A DNA stretch of 64,000 bases from Narcine bancroftii (GCF_036971445.1 NC_091470.1:185132001-185196000); one strand, 5' to 3'; positions 49,501-61,279 are shown, counted from the stretch's first letter. Made by a program: numbers and translations. The notes: a model not told the origin generated them from the sequence alone.

Positions 49501-51898
49501 TATTGAAATATTCGAACAAGTATAGGAGCCTTACATTAAATACAATAGCGAAAACCTACCGGGGACAAACATTACCTAAGTTGATGGAAGGAGAAGGAAA
49601 GAAAAGAATGGACTCAGTAGAATTTCTGGTGTATTTTTGTTGAATGACAACATTGTCTGACTGGCTTAATGCAACCTAGATTGTATACCTAAAATGGATG
49701 AGGGGGGGGGTGGTGGGGGGGTGGCTTGGGAGGAGGGGGGGGGGGAGAAAAAGTCACTGTATATGTGTGAAAAAGAAATAGTGTATATCATGGCTAATGT
49801 GATTTATGGTGTGAAAAAAAAATTAAAAAAAAAAAGAATTGTACAATTCAATTTATAACTTTCACCATTATTCCCTTCGTTCTATAACTAAAATAGCAAA
49901 ATAATATACACCAGAATTACCACTCCTTCACCTTAAAGTTAAAGAAAAAATTTAAAAAAAAACATCCATCCCATTCACATTTAAATTTCAGATATTCCTT
50001 ATCTACTGAATAAACTTTACAAAATAAACCACATCAATTTTTAGTTTTTTAAACAATCAAATACTTTCTTATGTTTTTTTTTAATATTTAAACAAAAACA
50101 AACCCCTTCACTCTTTAATCTAATAATACAAAAAGGAAAAAAAAACAGGTAGGTGGTTAAAAATACCCCCTCCCGTCTAAACCGCGCAATGCGGTAACTC
50201 CCAAAAAAAATGTGTGTGAGATAACTCACACGTTAGCAGATGATTTTCAGGAAATAGTGCCTATCCAGTTCTCTCCCCCAACTCTCACTTCATCTTAAAC
50301 TAACATCATCATTATTTAATATCCCTTTTTTTAAAAAAAAAACATTAAAAAAAAAGGATAACTTCTTTTAATCAGCTCCAACTGCCAAGTCACCATTACA
50401 ACCATTCCTTCTTGGAGCACGGCTCTTTTCTTTCATCTCTTGTCTCCTTAGAGATCACGGCAGACTATGTCTCTGTTGAAACTGAGTAATTGGCAGCTCT
50501 TGAGCAAATGCTATAGCTTCCTTTGGAGAATCAAAGAACTTTGGTTGGCAACCATCTTGGAAAACCTTCAAAACAGCTGGATATCTAAAGGTTGCCTTGT
50601 AACCTTTCTTCCACAACAACTCTTTAGCAGGATTGAATTCCTGTCATTGGAACATAACTTCTTGACTCAAATCCACATAGAAGAAAACTCGATTATTTTG
50701 AATCATCAAGGGTGATTTTCTCTGATGTGCATTTCTAATAGCCACTCGTAAAATTATTTCTCTGTCGTAATAATTCAAGCAACGAACCAAAACAGGTCTT
50801 GGACTTTGACCTGAAATAGGTCTTCTACGCAAGGCTCTGTGAGCACGTTCCAGTATTATACCTTCTGGGAAATGTTCTTGACCCAGCACCTGCGGAATCC
50901 ATTCAGTAAAAAATTTTCTTGGGTCTGGTCCCTCCATACCTTCCAGCAAACCAATAGTCTTTATATTGTTCTGTCTGGATTGGTTTTCCAAATAATCAAT
51001 CTTTTTCACCAAATTTTTATTTTGAGTTTGAAAGTCTTCGACCATTTTGGTCACATCAAAAACTTGATCCCCTATTTCGTCTATATCTTCTTCACACTAA
51101 TTAAATTTATCTCTCACTTCAAGCTTAAAGCTCCAAACTCAGCCATCTGTTGAGAATATATTTTCACCAGAGTATTAAACCTAGTACCAAGTTCAGTCAT
51201 AATCTTGGATAATCCCTGCATTATATAAGATAATTTAGATTCAAGATTCACAAAAATCTTTTCAATTGGAAGAGATTTTGGCTCAACATATTCCTGCTTC
51301 TTCTGCATAACCAAAGGATCTTCTGTTCCTTCCTTCATTCTGGTTGCCTTCCTTGTAGTATGACTGCTTGTGGAAACCCCAGCCACAGCCTCTCCAGCAA
51401 TGACTGGAGGATGCTGGCCGGGGTTTTCCCCAGTCCATAATGTATTAAGTTCTCCCAGTACATCAAGTTGTATAGGTTTTTCTATCTCAAGATATGCAGT
51501 TTGCATCGCCACCTCTACAGTTGACAAATGCCTTTGAGTAACTCTTTGTTCTAAAGCCTGTTTGGCGCCCTCTTTAGGGGGCTCTACCGATGTAACATAG
51601 AGCTCTACATCCGAACACTGTACCTCTCTCCTGGGATCCATTTCACGCTGAGTCCCGGTGTCTTTCCTGTAGGTAGGCTCCAAAACTTGAACTTTTGGAA
51701 AATGTAGTTTTTTGATGATCTGTTGTTTTTTTTTTGCTCTTTTCCACCAATTGTACCATCATAAGTTAAATTAACCGCACTGAAATTATCTAAACTTTTT
51801 AAGAATTTTAACGGGCATTTCTAGACAAAACAATAAGATAGAGTCAGGAGAGGACTGGAAGGCACGTCTGATCCTTACACCATCTTGCCACGCCCCCC
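46582..51898 (-). mobile_element. ORF1-only (HAL1-like) non-autonomous L1 derivative, copy 1 (contains nested deleted L1)
   Basis: 16-bp TSD TCCTGGCTTACATTTG (46566-46581, 51899-51914); 5' GGGGGCGTGGCAAGATGG; ORF1 LENQSRQNNIK..LERAHR..PRPVLVR..YVDLS; decayed ORF2 endonuclease remnant; poly-A at 46582-46590. Confidence 0.9.
47417..49833 (+). mobile_element. Internally deleted L1 (ORF1 + spacer + both ORF2 ends + 3' UTR)
   Basis: 16-bp TSD AAGAATTGTACAATTC (47401-47416, 49834-49849); near-identical to the L1 at 22917, but ORF2 is fused at ctactaaattta|aatgaataaatg (~49450) and its ATG is changed to AGG. Confidence 0.93.
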
Positions 51899-53646
51899 TC
51901 CTGGCTTACATTTGGACCCTTAAACAGCGGAACAACATGAGCCACCCTCGAATCCTCTGGCACTACTCCCGTGATCAGTGACATCCTAAATACCTCTGTT
52001 AATGGCCCCACTATCTGTACACTAGTCTCCCTGAGTGTCCTTGGGAATACATTGTCTGGACCCGGAGATTTGTCCACCTTTACCTTTTTTAACACTGCCA
52101 TCACTACCTCCTCAGTTATCCTTATATGATTCATGACCTCCCCACTATTTTTCTTTACTTCAACTGGTACAATATTTTTTTCCCTAGTGAATACCGAGGA
52201 AAATAAATCATTTAAAATTTCCCCCATCTCCTCTGACTTTTCACATAGCCTACCCTCCCTATCTACAATGGGTCCAATTTTTAATCCCTCACTAATCTTT
52301 TACTTTTAATGTACCTATAGAAACCCTTTGGATTTATTCTTACTCTGCCTGCCAAAGCCTCTTCGTCCCTCTTTTTGGCCTTTCTAATTTCTTTCTTAAG
52401 ATTTTTACTACACTCCTTGTAGTCCTCTTTCAATTTCTCATTACCCTGCTCTTTATACCTCTTGTACACCTCCTTCTTTCTCCTAACCAAATTTCTAATA
52501 TTTGTCGAAAACCAAGGCTCCCTGTGACTTCCAGCCTTTCCTTTGATCCTCACTGGGACATATCTACTCTGTACTCTCAAAATTTCTTCTTTGGATATTC
52601 TTCATTTTTCATTTACATTCTTTCCTGAAAAAATCATGTCCCACTCAATACTCCCCAAATCCATTCTCATTCCTTCGAAATTTGCTTTTCTCCAATCCAG
52701 AACCTCAACTTTAGGCCCTTCTTTGCTCTTCCCTAAAACTACCCTAAAACTAATAGAATTGTGATCACTAGACCCAATTTGTTCTCCAACATTAACCTCA
52801 GACACCTGACCTATCTCGTTCCCAAACAAGAGATCCAGTATTACACCGTCCCGAGTCGGTTCCTCTACATATTGATTAAGAAAACTATTTTGCACACATT
52901 TGACAAACTCTAGTCCATCCAGCCCTATTACTGTATGGGTATCTCAATCAATGTGAGGGAAGTTAAAATCTCCCATGATCACTACCTTATGTTTATTACA
53001 CATATATGCTATCTCCTTACAAATTTGTTATTCCAGTTTTCTTGGCCCATTTGGTGGTCTATAATACACTCCTATTAGTACCCTCATGCTTCCTCCACCC
53101 CTCAATTCCACCCAAACAGCCTCACTGGATGATCCCTCCAAACCATCCTGCCACCTCACGTCAGTAATGTCCTCCTTAACAAGCAGAGCAACTCCTCCCC
53201 CTTTTTTACCCCTGTTCTATCACATCTAAAACATTTGTATTCTGGAATATTTAGTTGCCAGTCCTGACCCTCCTGTAACCAGGTCTCACTAATTGCCACA
53301 ACATAATTCCAAGTGCCAATCCATGCTCTAAGCTCATCTAACTTGTTCACTATGCTTCTTGCATTAAAGTACATGCATTTCAGAGAATGACCCTCACATA
53401 TATTCTCTATTCTACCTTTTACCTTAACCTCCATCCTTCCTTTGTTATCTTTATCATTCTTAACTAGGTGACCATGTACCCTAGACACTGCTTGCAAACT
53501 CTGCTCCCCACCCCCCTGCCAAACTAGTTTAAACCCTCCCCCACAGCTCTAGCAAATCTGCTTGCCAGGATATTGGTCCCTTTCCAGTTCAAGTGGAGTC
53601 CGTCCCCTTTGTACAGGTTCGACTTTCCCCAGAAGAGATCCCAATG

Positions 53647-55666
53647 AAGAACAGAAAATAATATAAAAGGGATAAAAATAAAAGACAAGGAATATAAAAT
53701 CAGTTTATTTGCGGATGATGTTATAGTATACTTAACAGAACCAGAACTATCAATAAAAGAATTATATAAGAAATTGAAGGAATATGGAGAAGTGTCGGGT
53801 TACAAGATTAACGTAAATAAAAATGAAGCAATGCCAATGAATAATGCGGATTTCTCAAAATTTAAGAAGGAATCACCATTCAGATGGCAAATGCAAGCAA
53901 TAAGATACCTAGGTATACAAATAAATAAAAATCTCGGCCATCTATATAAACTCAATTATTATCCACTAATGAAAAAATTACAGGATGATTTAGAGCATTG
54001 GAAAGATTTACCACTAACACTAATAGGAAGGATAAACTGTATTAAAATGAACATTTTCCCAAGGATATTATACCTATTTCAGGCATTGCCAATACACTTG
54101 ACAGAGAAATTCTTCAAGGAGTTAAAGAAAATAATAAGGAAATTTTTATGGAAAGGGGGGAAACCGAGGATAGCACTAGATAAATTAACAGAATGGTATA
54201 AACATGGAGGCTTACAACTGCCAAACTTTAAAAATTATTATAGAGCCGCACAATTAAGATACCTATCAGATTTTTATCAAACAAGGGAAAAGTCAGATTG
54301 GACTAGATTAGAATTAGATAAAATAGGGGAAAAGATACCTGAACACATATTATATAAATGGGATGAAAAATTGGTACAACGTAGGAGTTCTCCAGTATTA
54401 CATCATCTACTCAATATTTGGAAAAAGATTCATGTAGAAAGGAATAAAACAAATTACCAATTACCAAAACTAATATTGACGCAAAATAAATTACTCCCTT
54501 TTACAATAGATAACCTTTCCTTTAGAGAATGGGAGAAAAAAGGGATCAAAAGAATAGAAAATTGTTTTTCAGGAAATAGATTATTATCCTTTGAACAAAT
54601 GAAAGATAAATACAATATAACTCAAGATACAGTGTTGGCATATTACCAATTGAGATCCTACTTGAAGGACAAATTAGGAAGCAGTCTGAGTTTACCAGAG
54701 GGAAGTAACTTTGAATATGTGATTACAGATACAATGATAATCAAAAGATTTATAACAAATATGTATATTAAACTGCAAGAAAAGGAGAATGAGGAAACAA
54801 ATGGTAAAACTAAACAAAAATGGGAACAAGATTTAAATATAAAGATAAAAAAGGAAACATGGGAGAAGTTATGTTCTGGAACAATGAGAAATACAATAAA
54901 TACGAGGTAACGTATGATACAATATAACTGGATACACAGGCTATACATTACACCTCAAAAGTTAAATAAATGGGACCCAACAGTATCTGACAGATGTTTT
55001 CGATGTAAAAAAGAAATGGGAACAACAATTCATGCAATCTGGACATGTGAGAAAGTAGAAAAATTTTGGGAAGATCTAAACTAAATATTAAATAAAATTA
55101 CAGAAAACAATATACCAAAAAATCCAGAGATCTTCCTCCTAAGTAACATAAAAAAACAAAGAATTTGGAATTGATTTGGATGGTGCACAAAAAAGATTTG
55201 TTAAGATAGCTCTAGCCGTAGCAAAAAAATGTATTATGGAAATTGGAAGATAATTTGAAAATACAACAATGGTATATAGAAATGAATAAATGTATTCCAT
55301 TAGAAAAAATAACATATAGTTTAAGAAATAATATTGAAATATTTGAACAAATATGGGAGCCTTACATGAAACACAATAGAGAAAACCTACCGGGGACATT
55401 CACTACCTAAATTAACGAAAGGAGAAGGAAATAAAAAGAATTTACTCAGTGGAATTTCTTGTTTATTTTTATTGAATGACAACATTGTTTGACTGGTTTA
55501 ATGTATCTTAGATTTTGTACTTTAAATGGATGGGGGGGAGGTAGGGAGGGTGGGATGGGAGGAGGGAGAGGGGGGAGAAAATGGCACTGTATATATTTGA
55601 AAAGGAAAATGTATGTATCATGGTCAATGTGGTTTATGGTGTGAAAAATAAAAAATTTTTAAAAAA
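53647..55666 (+). mobile_element. 5'-truncated L1 (RT to 3' UTR)
   Basis: Closely related to 26983-29001; FADD, CCHC region, poly-A; no TSD found. Confidence 0.92.
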
Positions 55667-57739
55667 GAATAGCGCGTGGCACTGGCAAGAGTCCAGAGAT
55701 TACTACCTTAGAGGTCCTGTTTTTTAACTTCCTGCCTAATTCTATGTCTTCCTGTTTCAAGTCCTCATCCCCACTTCTAACTAAATCATTGGTCCCCACA
55801 TGGACCATGACTTCTGGCTACTCACCTTCCCCTTGCGGAATTCTGTGAACTCGATCAGAGATATCCCTGACCCTAGCACCAGGGAGACAACAGACCAACC
55901 TGGATCCCCGATCTCATCCAGCAAACCTCCTATCTGTCCCTCTGACAAGTGAGTCCCCAACCACAATTACCCTGTTCTTATCCCTCCTTTCCTTCTGAGC
56001 CTCAGGGGCAGCCCCTGTGCCAGAGACCTGACCCCCACGATTCCTCCCTGGTAGGCTATTTTCACCCAGCAGTATCCAATGCCGAATTCCTGCTGCTGAG
56101 CGGCACTTCCACAGGGGTACTCTGCATTGGCGCTCTCCCTCCTTTCCTCACAGTCACCCAATTCCCTGACTCCTGCCTTCTAGGGGTGTCTGTCTCCCTG
56201 TAACTCCTCTCTATCACTGCCTCTGCTTCCCTTATGATCCTCAGTTCATCCAACTGCAGCTCAAGCTCCTTAACATGGTCACTCATTATATGCAATTGGA
56301 TGCACCTTTTGCAGGTGTAGTCATCAGGAACAGCTGTGCAGTCTCTGATTTCCCACATCCCACAATTGGAGCATATGACTACCCCAGCTGACTCCATTTA
56401 CCTCTTTTCTCAATGTATATAGGTTATTTAAAAAGAAAAACTGAACAAATAATACTAAAAGACTAACCAAAAAGGACACCTTACCACACAGGGAGCTCCT
56501 TCTTATCGAAGTCCCTCGAGCCAAAGTCCCAAGTCTCCACTCCTTCACTGCCCCACTCCTCACTGGCCGCTCCTTCCCCTTTCACTCCTTTTATAGGCCC
56601 CTTGACCAATTAACCCTGTCACTTTCACCAAGCTCCTCCTCCTCCTCCGACTCCCAGCCGAACCAAGTAGCCGAACTCCATCCGTTCCGTTGTAAGACTC
56701 ACAAAAGCGATGGCCGACCAGTTGAGCTGTACACGGCTCTGTGGGACTGGCTGGGCCCAGACCTGCTGGAAATAGACAATGCTGTTCTCCTGGCAGGAAG
56801 CATGTCAGACTCCATGAGGAAAGGCGTCATCACCCTCATCTTCAAACAGAAGGGGGAGGAGGAGGAAATCAGGAATCGGAGATCCATTTCATTTCTAAAT
56901 GGAGATTACAAAATCCTGTCTAAGGCTATCACCAATAGAGTCGAGTCTGTCCTGCGGCTGGTGATCCATCATGACCAGATCTGCATGGTTCCAGGCAGGA
57001 AGATCTCTGACAGCCTCACGCTGGTCAGGGGTACCATCGCCTATGTGCAGGACAGTGGGAATGGACGACTGCCTGATCAGCTTAGACCAGGAGTTTGACT
57101 GGATGTTGCACACGTACATGATGGATGCACTCTCCAAAATGGACTTTGGGGAGGGAATCTGGAATTGGATTAAACTGTTCTATACAGTTGCCTGTAGTGC
57201 AGTCCAACTCAATGGGTGGGAAACAGATAGCTTCCCCATCGTCTGGAGTTGGGCAAGGCTGCCCACTGTCTCCAGTCTTATTTATGTACTGCATAGATCC
57301 GTTTGCTGAATCCATCAGGAAGGGATGAGGACTTAAGGAGTGACATTGCCAGGGAGTGGAGGCAATCAGGTCAAGGCTTTCCTGTATATGGACGTTGTTG
57401 TATCTCAGATCGGACGCACAATCGGTCTGGAGACTGACCAGCATATGTGGGCATTTTGAGTCCACATTAAGCACCAGGGTAAACCAGGGGGGCGTGGCAA
57501 GATGGCATAGGGAACAGACGTGCCTTCCAGACCTCTCCTGACTCTGATTTATTGTTTTGTCTTTAAGTGCCGGTTAAAGTTCTTTTAAAAGTTTATAAAT
57601 AATAAGAGGTGTTGGATTAGTGCCTAATGGTTTATATGCAAAAAAAGGTAAAAGAAAATATCAACAGACTGTTAAAAAACTACATTTTCCGAAATTGTCT
57701 GAGCCTACTTGTTTACAGGAAGCCAGGTCTTAACGTAGA

Positions 57740-58903
57740 ATGGATCCAGAGGAGGACGTGCAGAGTTTGGCATTGAAGCTTCGTTTTAAGCCGGTGAGGC
57801 TCTCTGAAGGTCGCACCCAACAGCTTTCAGAACAAGGGGCTGGACGGGTGCCAGTATTTCACACAACGACCACTGTGAGTGCTGTTACTGAGGTTTTGAC
57901 AGTTGAATCAGCTGGGGCGCCACCAGCTGGAGAGTTAAAGAGTTGTCATTCGACTGCTATAGTGGTGGCCCTGCAAAATGCATCTTCAATTACAACGGTT
58001 TTTCCAGACATCGATTCAGTGAAGATGATTAAAGAGATTTGGCTTAAAGATAACCCTGATCCTCAGTCTCCTGGCATTGCTGGGGGGACTTTGAGAGGGA
58101 TTTTTATACGAAGTCAAACTGCTAGAAAAGATACTAAATTAAGGGAAGGGACAGAAGATCCCGTGGTCTCTAAGGAACAGCAAGACCCCATTATGCCTGA
58201 ATCTACTTCTGTTGAAATGTCTGTTAAGGATCTTGAAGATAAGATATATTCTGTATCGAGTCACTTAGCTAATTTTGTGAACCTGTTTATTTCCAAGATT
58301 AATGCGATGGCGGAAGTCATTAATGGAGCTTTTAAGCTTGAAACCATTGAAAGATTTGAAATGTGTGATCAAGGTTTAATTGATGTACAGGATCAACTGC
58401 AAGATGAAAATAGAATAATTGAAACATTGCAGATCCAAAATAAAAAATTAGCAAAAAAGGTTGATTATTTGGAGAATCAATCTAGACGGAACAACGTGAA
58501 AATTGTTGGTTTGCCAGAAGGCATAGAAGGACCAGATCCAAGAAAATTTTTTACTGAATGGATTCCACGAGTGTTAGGAGAGGATAGATTCCCTGAAGGT
58601 TTAATACTGGAACGTGCTTATAGAGTTTTAAGAAGAAAATCTTTTTCAGGACAGAATCCAAGATCTGTTTTGATCCGTTGTTTAAACTATTGTGACAGAG
58701 AGACAATTTTACGTACGGCTATTAGAAATGCCCAGCAAAATCGATCTCCTTTGATGGTTCAGAATAATCCTGTTTTCTTCTATCAAGATTTGAGTCAAGA
58801 AATTATGTTTCAACGACGCGAATTTAATTCTGTGAAAGAACGGTTGTGGAAAAAAAGACATAAGGGAACATTCAGGTATTCTGTAGTACTGAAGATTTTT
58901 TAG
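57740..58903 (+). CDS. L1 ORF1p-like protein (coiled coil-RRM-CTD), C-terminally truncated by a nonsense change
   Basis: LENQSRRNNVKIVGLPEGIEG, LERAYR, PRSVLIR, FFYQDLS. Confidence 0.75.
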   Translation: MDPEEDVQSLALKLRFKPVRLSEGRTQQLSEQGAGRVPVFHTTTTVSAVTEVLTVESAGAPPAGELKSCHSTAIVVALQNASSITTVFPDIDSVKMIKEIWLKDNPDPQSPGIAGGTLRGIFIRSQTARKDTKLREGTEDPVVSKEQQDPIMPESTSVEMSVKDLEDKIYSVSSHLANFVNLFISKINAMAEVINGAFKLETIERFEMCDQGLIDVQDQLQDENRIIETLQIQNKKLAKKVDYLENQSRRNNVKIVGLPEGIEGPDPRKFFTEWIPRVLGEDRFPEGLILERAYRVLRRKSFSGQNPRSVLIRCLNYCDRETILRTAIRNAQQNRSPLMVQNNPVFFYQDLSQEIMFQRREFNSVKERLWKKRHKGTFRYSVVLKIF

Positions 58904-59489
58904 GATGGAAATTAACCAAAGTTCTTTGACAATCTTAAAGAGGTTATGGACTTTGCTCAGTCTCTACCAATCATGCAGTTTCAGGAACGATGTAGTCCTT
59001 CAAGGTCTCCAAAGAGAGTAGAGATGTAAGGTGGGATCCAGTCTTTTAAAAGAAATGGAAGCAATGGTGACCGAAGTGGTAACGTTGATTTAAAAAAATA
59101 AATTTTTTATCTTTTTTTTTGAGAAGAGTTTAAATAGTTTAAATAATGATGATAGTTTAATGAAATGGGAGTTGGGAGAGGGAACTGGGTGGGCACTAGT
59201 TTCCAGAAGTCATCAGCTACCTGTGAGTTATCTCACACCCAATATTTTGGGGGAGTTACCGCTTTGGGCGGTTTAAACAGGAGGAGGTAGTTGTGACCTC
59301 CGACCTGTTTTTTTTTTCTTTTTAATTTTTGGGTTAAGAAGTGAAGGTTTTTTTATTATTTTTTTTTAAATAAATAATTTTTTTTAAACTCTTTTTGTTT
59401 TCTGACTGTAATTGAGAGGGAATTAGGAGGTTTTTTTCTCTCCTTTTTTCTCCTTTTTTTGGGGGGAGGTTCTCTTTTTTCTTTTTTAA

Positions 59490-59702
59490 GAGGATAATGT
59501 CACAGAAGATAATAAGTCAAAAATTGAGGATGTTGAATTAGATGAAGAGGAAGATGAGGGGAAAGGTGATAAGAAGAAAAAAAAGAAAATTAAGTACAAA
59601 TACATTGAGGGAGAAGAGTTTAATAAAATTAAGTTAATTTCGATAGAGAATTTTGAAGATGTTATAAATGAAGAATATGGAGAATTTTATAAGAGTTTGA
59701 AC
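59490..59702 (+). pseudogene. HSP90AA1: Captured HSP90-alpha coding fragment (charged linker / start of middle domain), C-to-T hypermutated
   Basis: [64 protein letters not shown] aligns without gaps to HSP90-alpha [64 protein letters not shown] (recalled human sequence). Confidence 0.9.
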
Positions 59703-60568
59703 TTTTTTCTTTTTTTTTCTTTTTTATATAAGGGGAGGGGAAGGGAATAAAAAGTTTATCTGATTGTTTTTCTAAGGGATGTTTTTGTTCTCGATGAATT
59801 ATAAAGGAAACTTGGTATTAATGGAAATTCTGTATTTATGTATTATTAATTATGATTTTTTTGAATAACAGATATGTGGTTGATATATGATTTTAATATT
59901 TGAACTTAGTTTTAAAGTGGATTTCATTTGTTAAATACATGTATTATGTTTGATTTAAATATATGTTTAAGGGTATTATTTTAGTATTGATATTTTTTTT
60001 TGTTGTTAGTAATTTTTGTTGTTGTTAAGTTTTATCCTTTTTTTGTAAGTGGGGTTTTTTTTAATTTTATTTACAATATTGTTAATTAATTCTTCACTCT
60101 TTATTTTGGGGGGAGCATTGGACTAATTTTAAATTAGATGATTAATGTTGTGTTATAATTATTGGGGGGGTTAATTTGTGTAGTTTAATGAGGTAGTATT
60201 CTAATTTTTATTATCTTATTTTTTATTTCTTTAAATGTAATTTTTATTTTATTCATGTTATAAAATTTTAAATAAAGTTTTAAAAAAAAGCACCAGGGTA
60301 AACCAGAAGAAGAGTGAGGTAATGCTCTTCGTTAACTGACCCAATCGGTCCACTATCCCCTTCACAGTCAGATCTGATTACCTGAAGGAGTTGGGGATCT
60401 GGTTTGGAGGGGCTGAGGAGAGCAACAAGAATTGGTTGGAGCAGAACTCAAGGTCCACCAAAAATTGGGTCTGTGGGTGCAGTGTTCCCTCTTGATAATG
60501 GGGAAGAACTTGGTCATCGGGTGCAAGGAGCCCTCGGTGCTGCTGTAAGCCAGAGCAGTTTTCCGGTT

Positions 60569-61279
60569 CAGATTCAAGATTTTATTGTTATGTAATACAA
60601 CAGAAAATGTGATATTACATGAAATTTCCTTTAGTCTACCATAAGGTAGGCAAAGATTCACTATCAGCAGAAATTGCCCAGTGCCCCTTACAAGTTAGAG
60701 AAAAGAGAGCCCCCCCCAACCCTCCCAAGTTACTGAGTATCTGTGGATTCGCCTCGAGCTCTTCCACAACCACCCAGCCTTCAATCCAAACCATCGGCAA
60801 CCCAAGCTCCAGACCCAAACATCCAAAGTGATCAGGAAGCCTCCAGCGCTCTCGGCACCCTCTCATATTCCAGTTCCAATACCTGGTACCCCTTTGGCCA
60901 TTCTGCAGCAACCTGGAGTGTCTCATTTTACCGCATTCACCCACAGCCTGCGTGAACACCTCATCTTGAGTCACGAGTAGCCTGCTGCCTGTGTGTTCTT
61001 CAGCCTTTAATCTGCCTCTCCTTTGCAAACGGAGCTTGATCTCCCCATTTTCTGGTGCCCCGTGCTTTGCAGGGTCTGCAACCCCTCGTGGTCACCGCCA
61101 AACAGACACTGCCATCTTGATGCCCGACTCTGCAGTTGAGGGATTTTAAAGTAAACCACTTTCGGCTCCTTTAACAGGTTATTTAAAGGCTGTACAGAGC
61201 TGAAGGCAGACAGACTGAATGGTTGGACCCCACAGGGCAGTGCTTGTCTGCACTAATGGCAGTGCTGCCGCCTTTACTT
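60569..61279 (-). mobile_element. Unclassified non-autonomous retroposon inserted in Tx1
   Basis: Splits the Tx1 reading frame RAVFRF|..WASKMDKV; colinear with 33103-33932. Confidence 0.65.

Larger units (their letters stand above)
45300..56670 (-). mobile_element. Near-full-length CR1 LINE (ORF1 zinc finger/leucine zipper/SGNH esterase; ORF2 APE-RT), host to nested insertions
   Basis: ORF1 MESAGVVICSNCGMW..CKRC..LELQLDEL, GDS and HVGTND esterase motifs (~55680-56397); EN YFNARSI, ISETWL, SSDH (52.3-53.5 kb); RT VTSGVLQGSVLGP, FADD, YCVQFWSP (45437-46560); 3' UTR absent. Confidence 0.92.
57488..60287 (+). mobile_element. ORF1-only (HAL1-like) non-autonomous L1 derivative, copy 2, with captured HSP90 fragment
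   Basis: 19-bp TSD AAGCACCAGGGTAAACCAG (57469-57487, 60288-60306); same 5' end as copy 1; 387-aa ORF1 57740-58903; AATAAA + poly-A. Confidence 0.92.

Noticed and set aside
59185-59225. Antisense CTGATGA-cttctg-GAAAC resembling a hammerhead ribozyme core
   Set aside because: Stem I does not pair, and the sister copy reads CAGATGA...GAAAT, so the catalytic core is not conserved.
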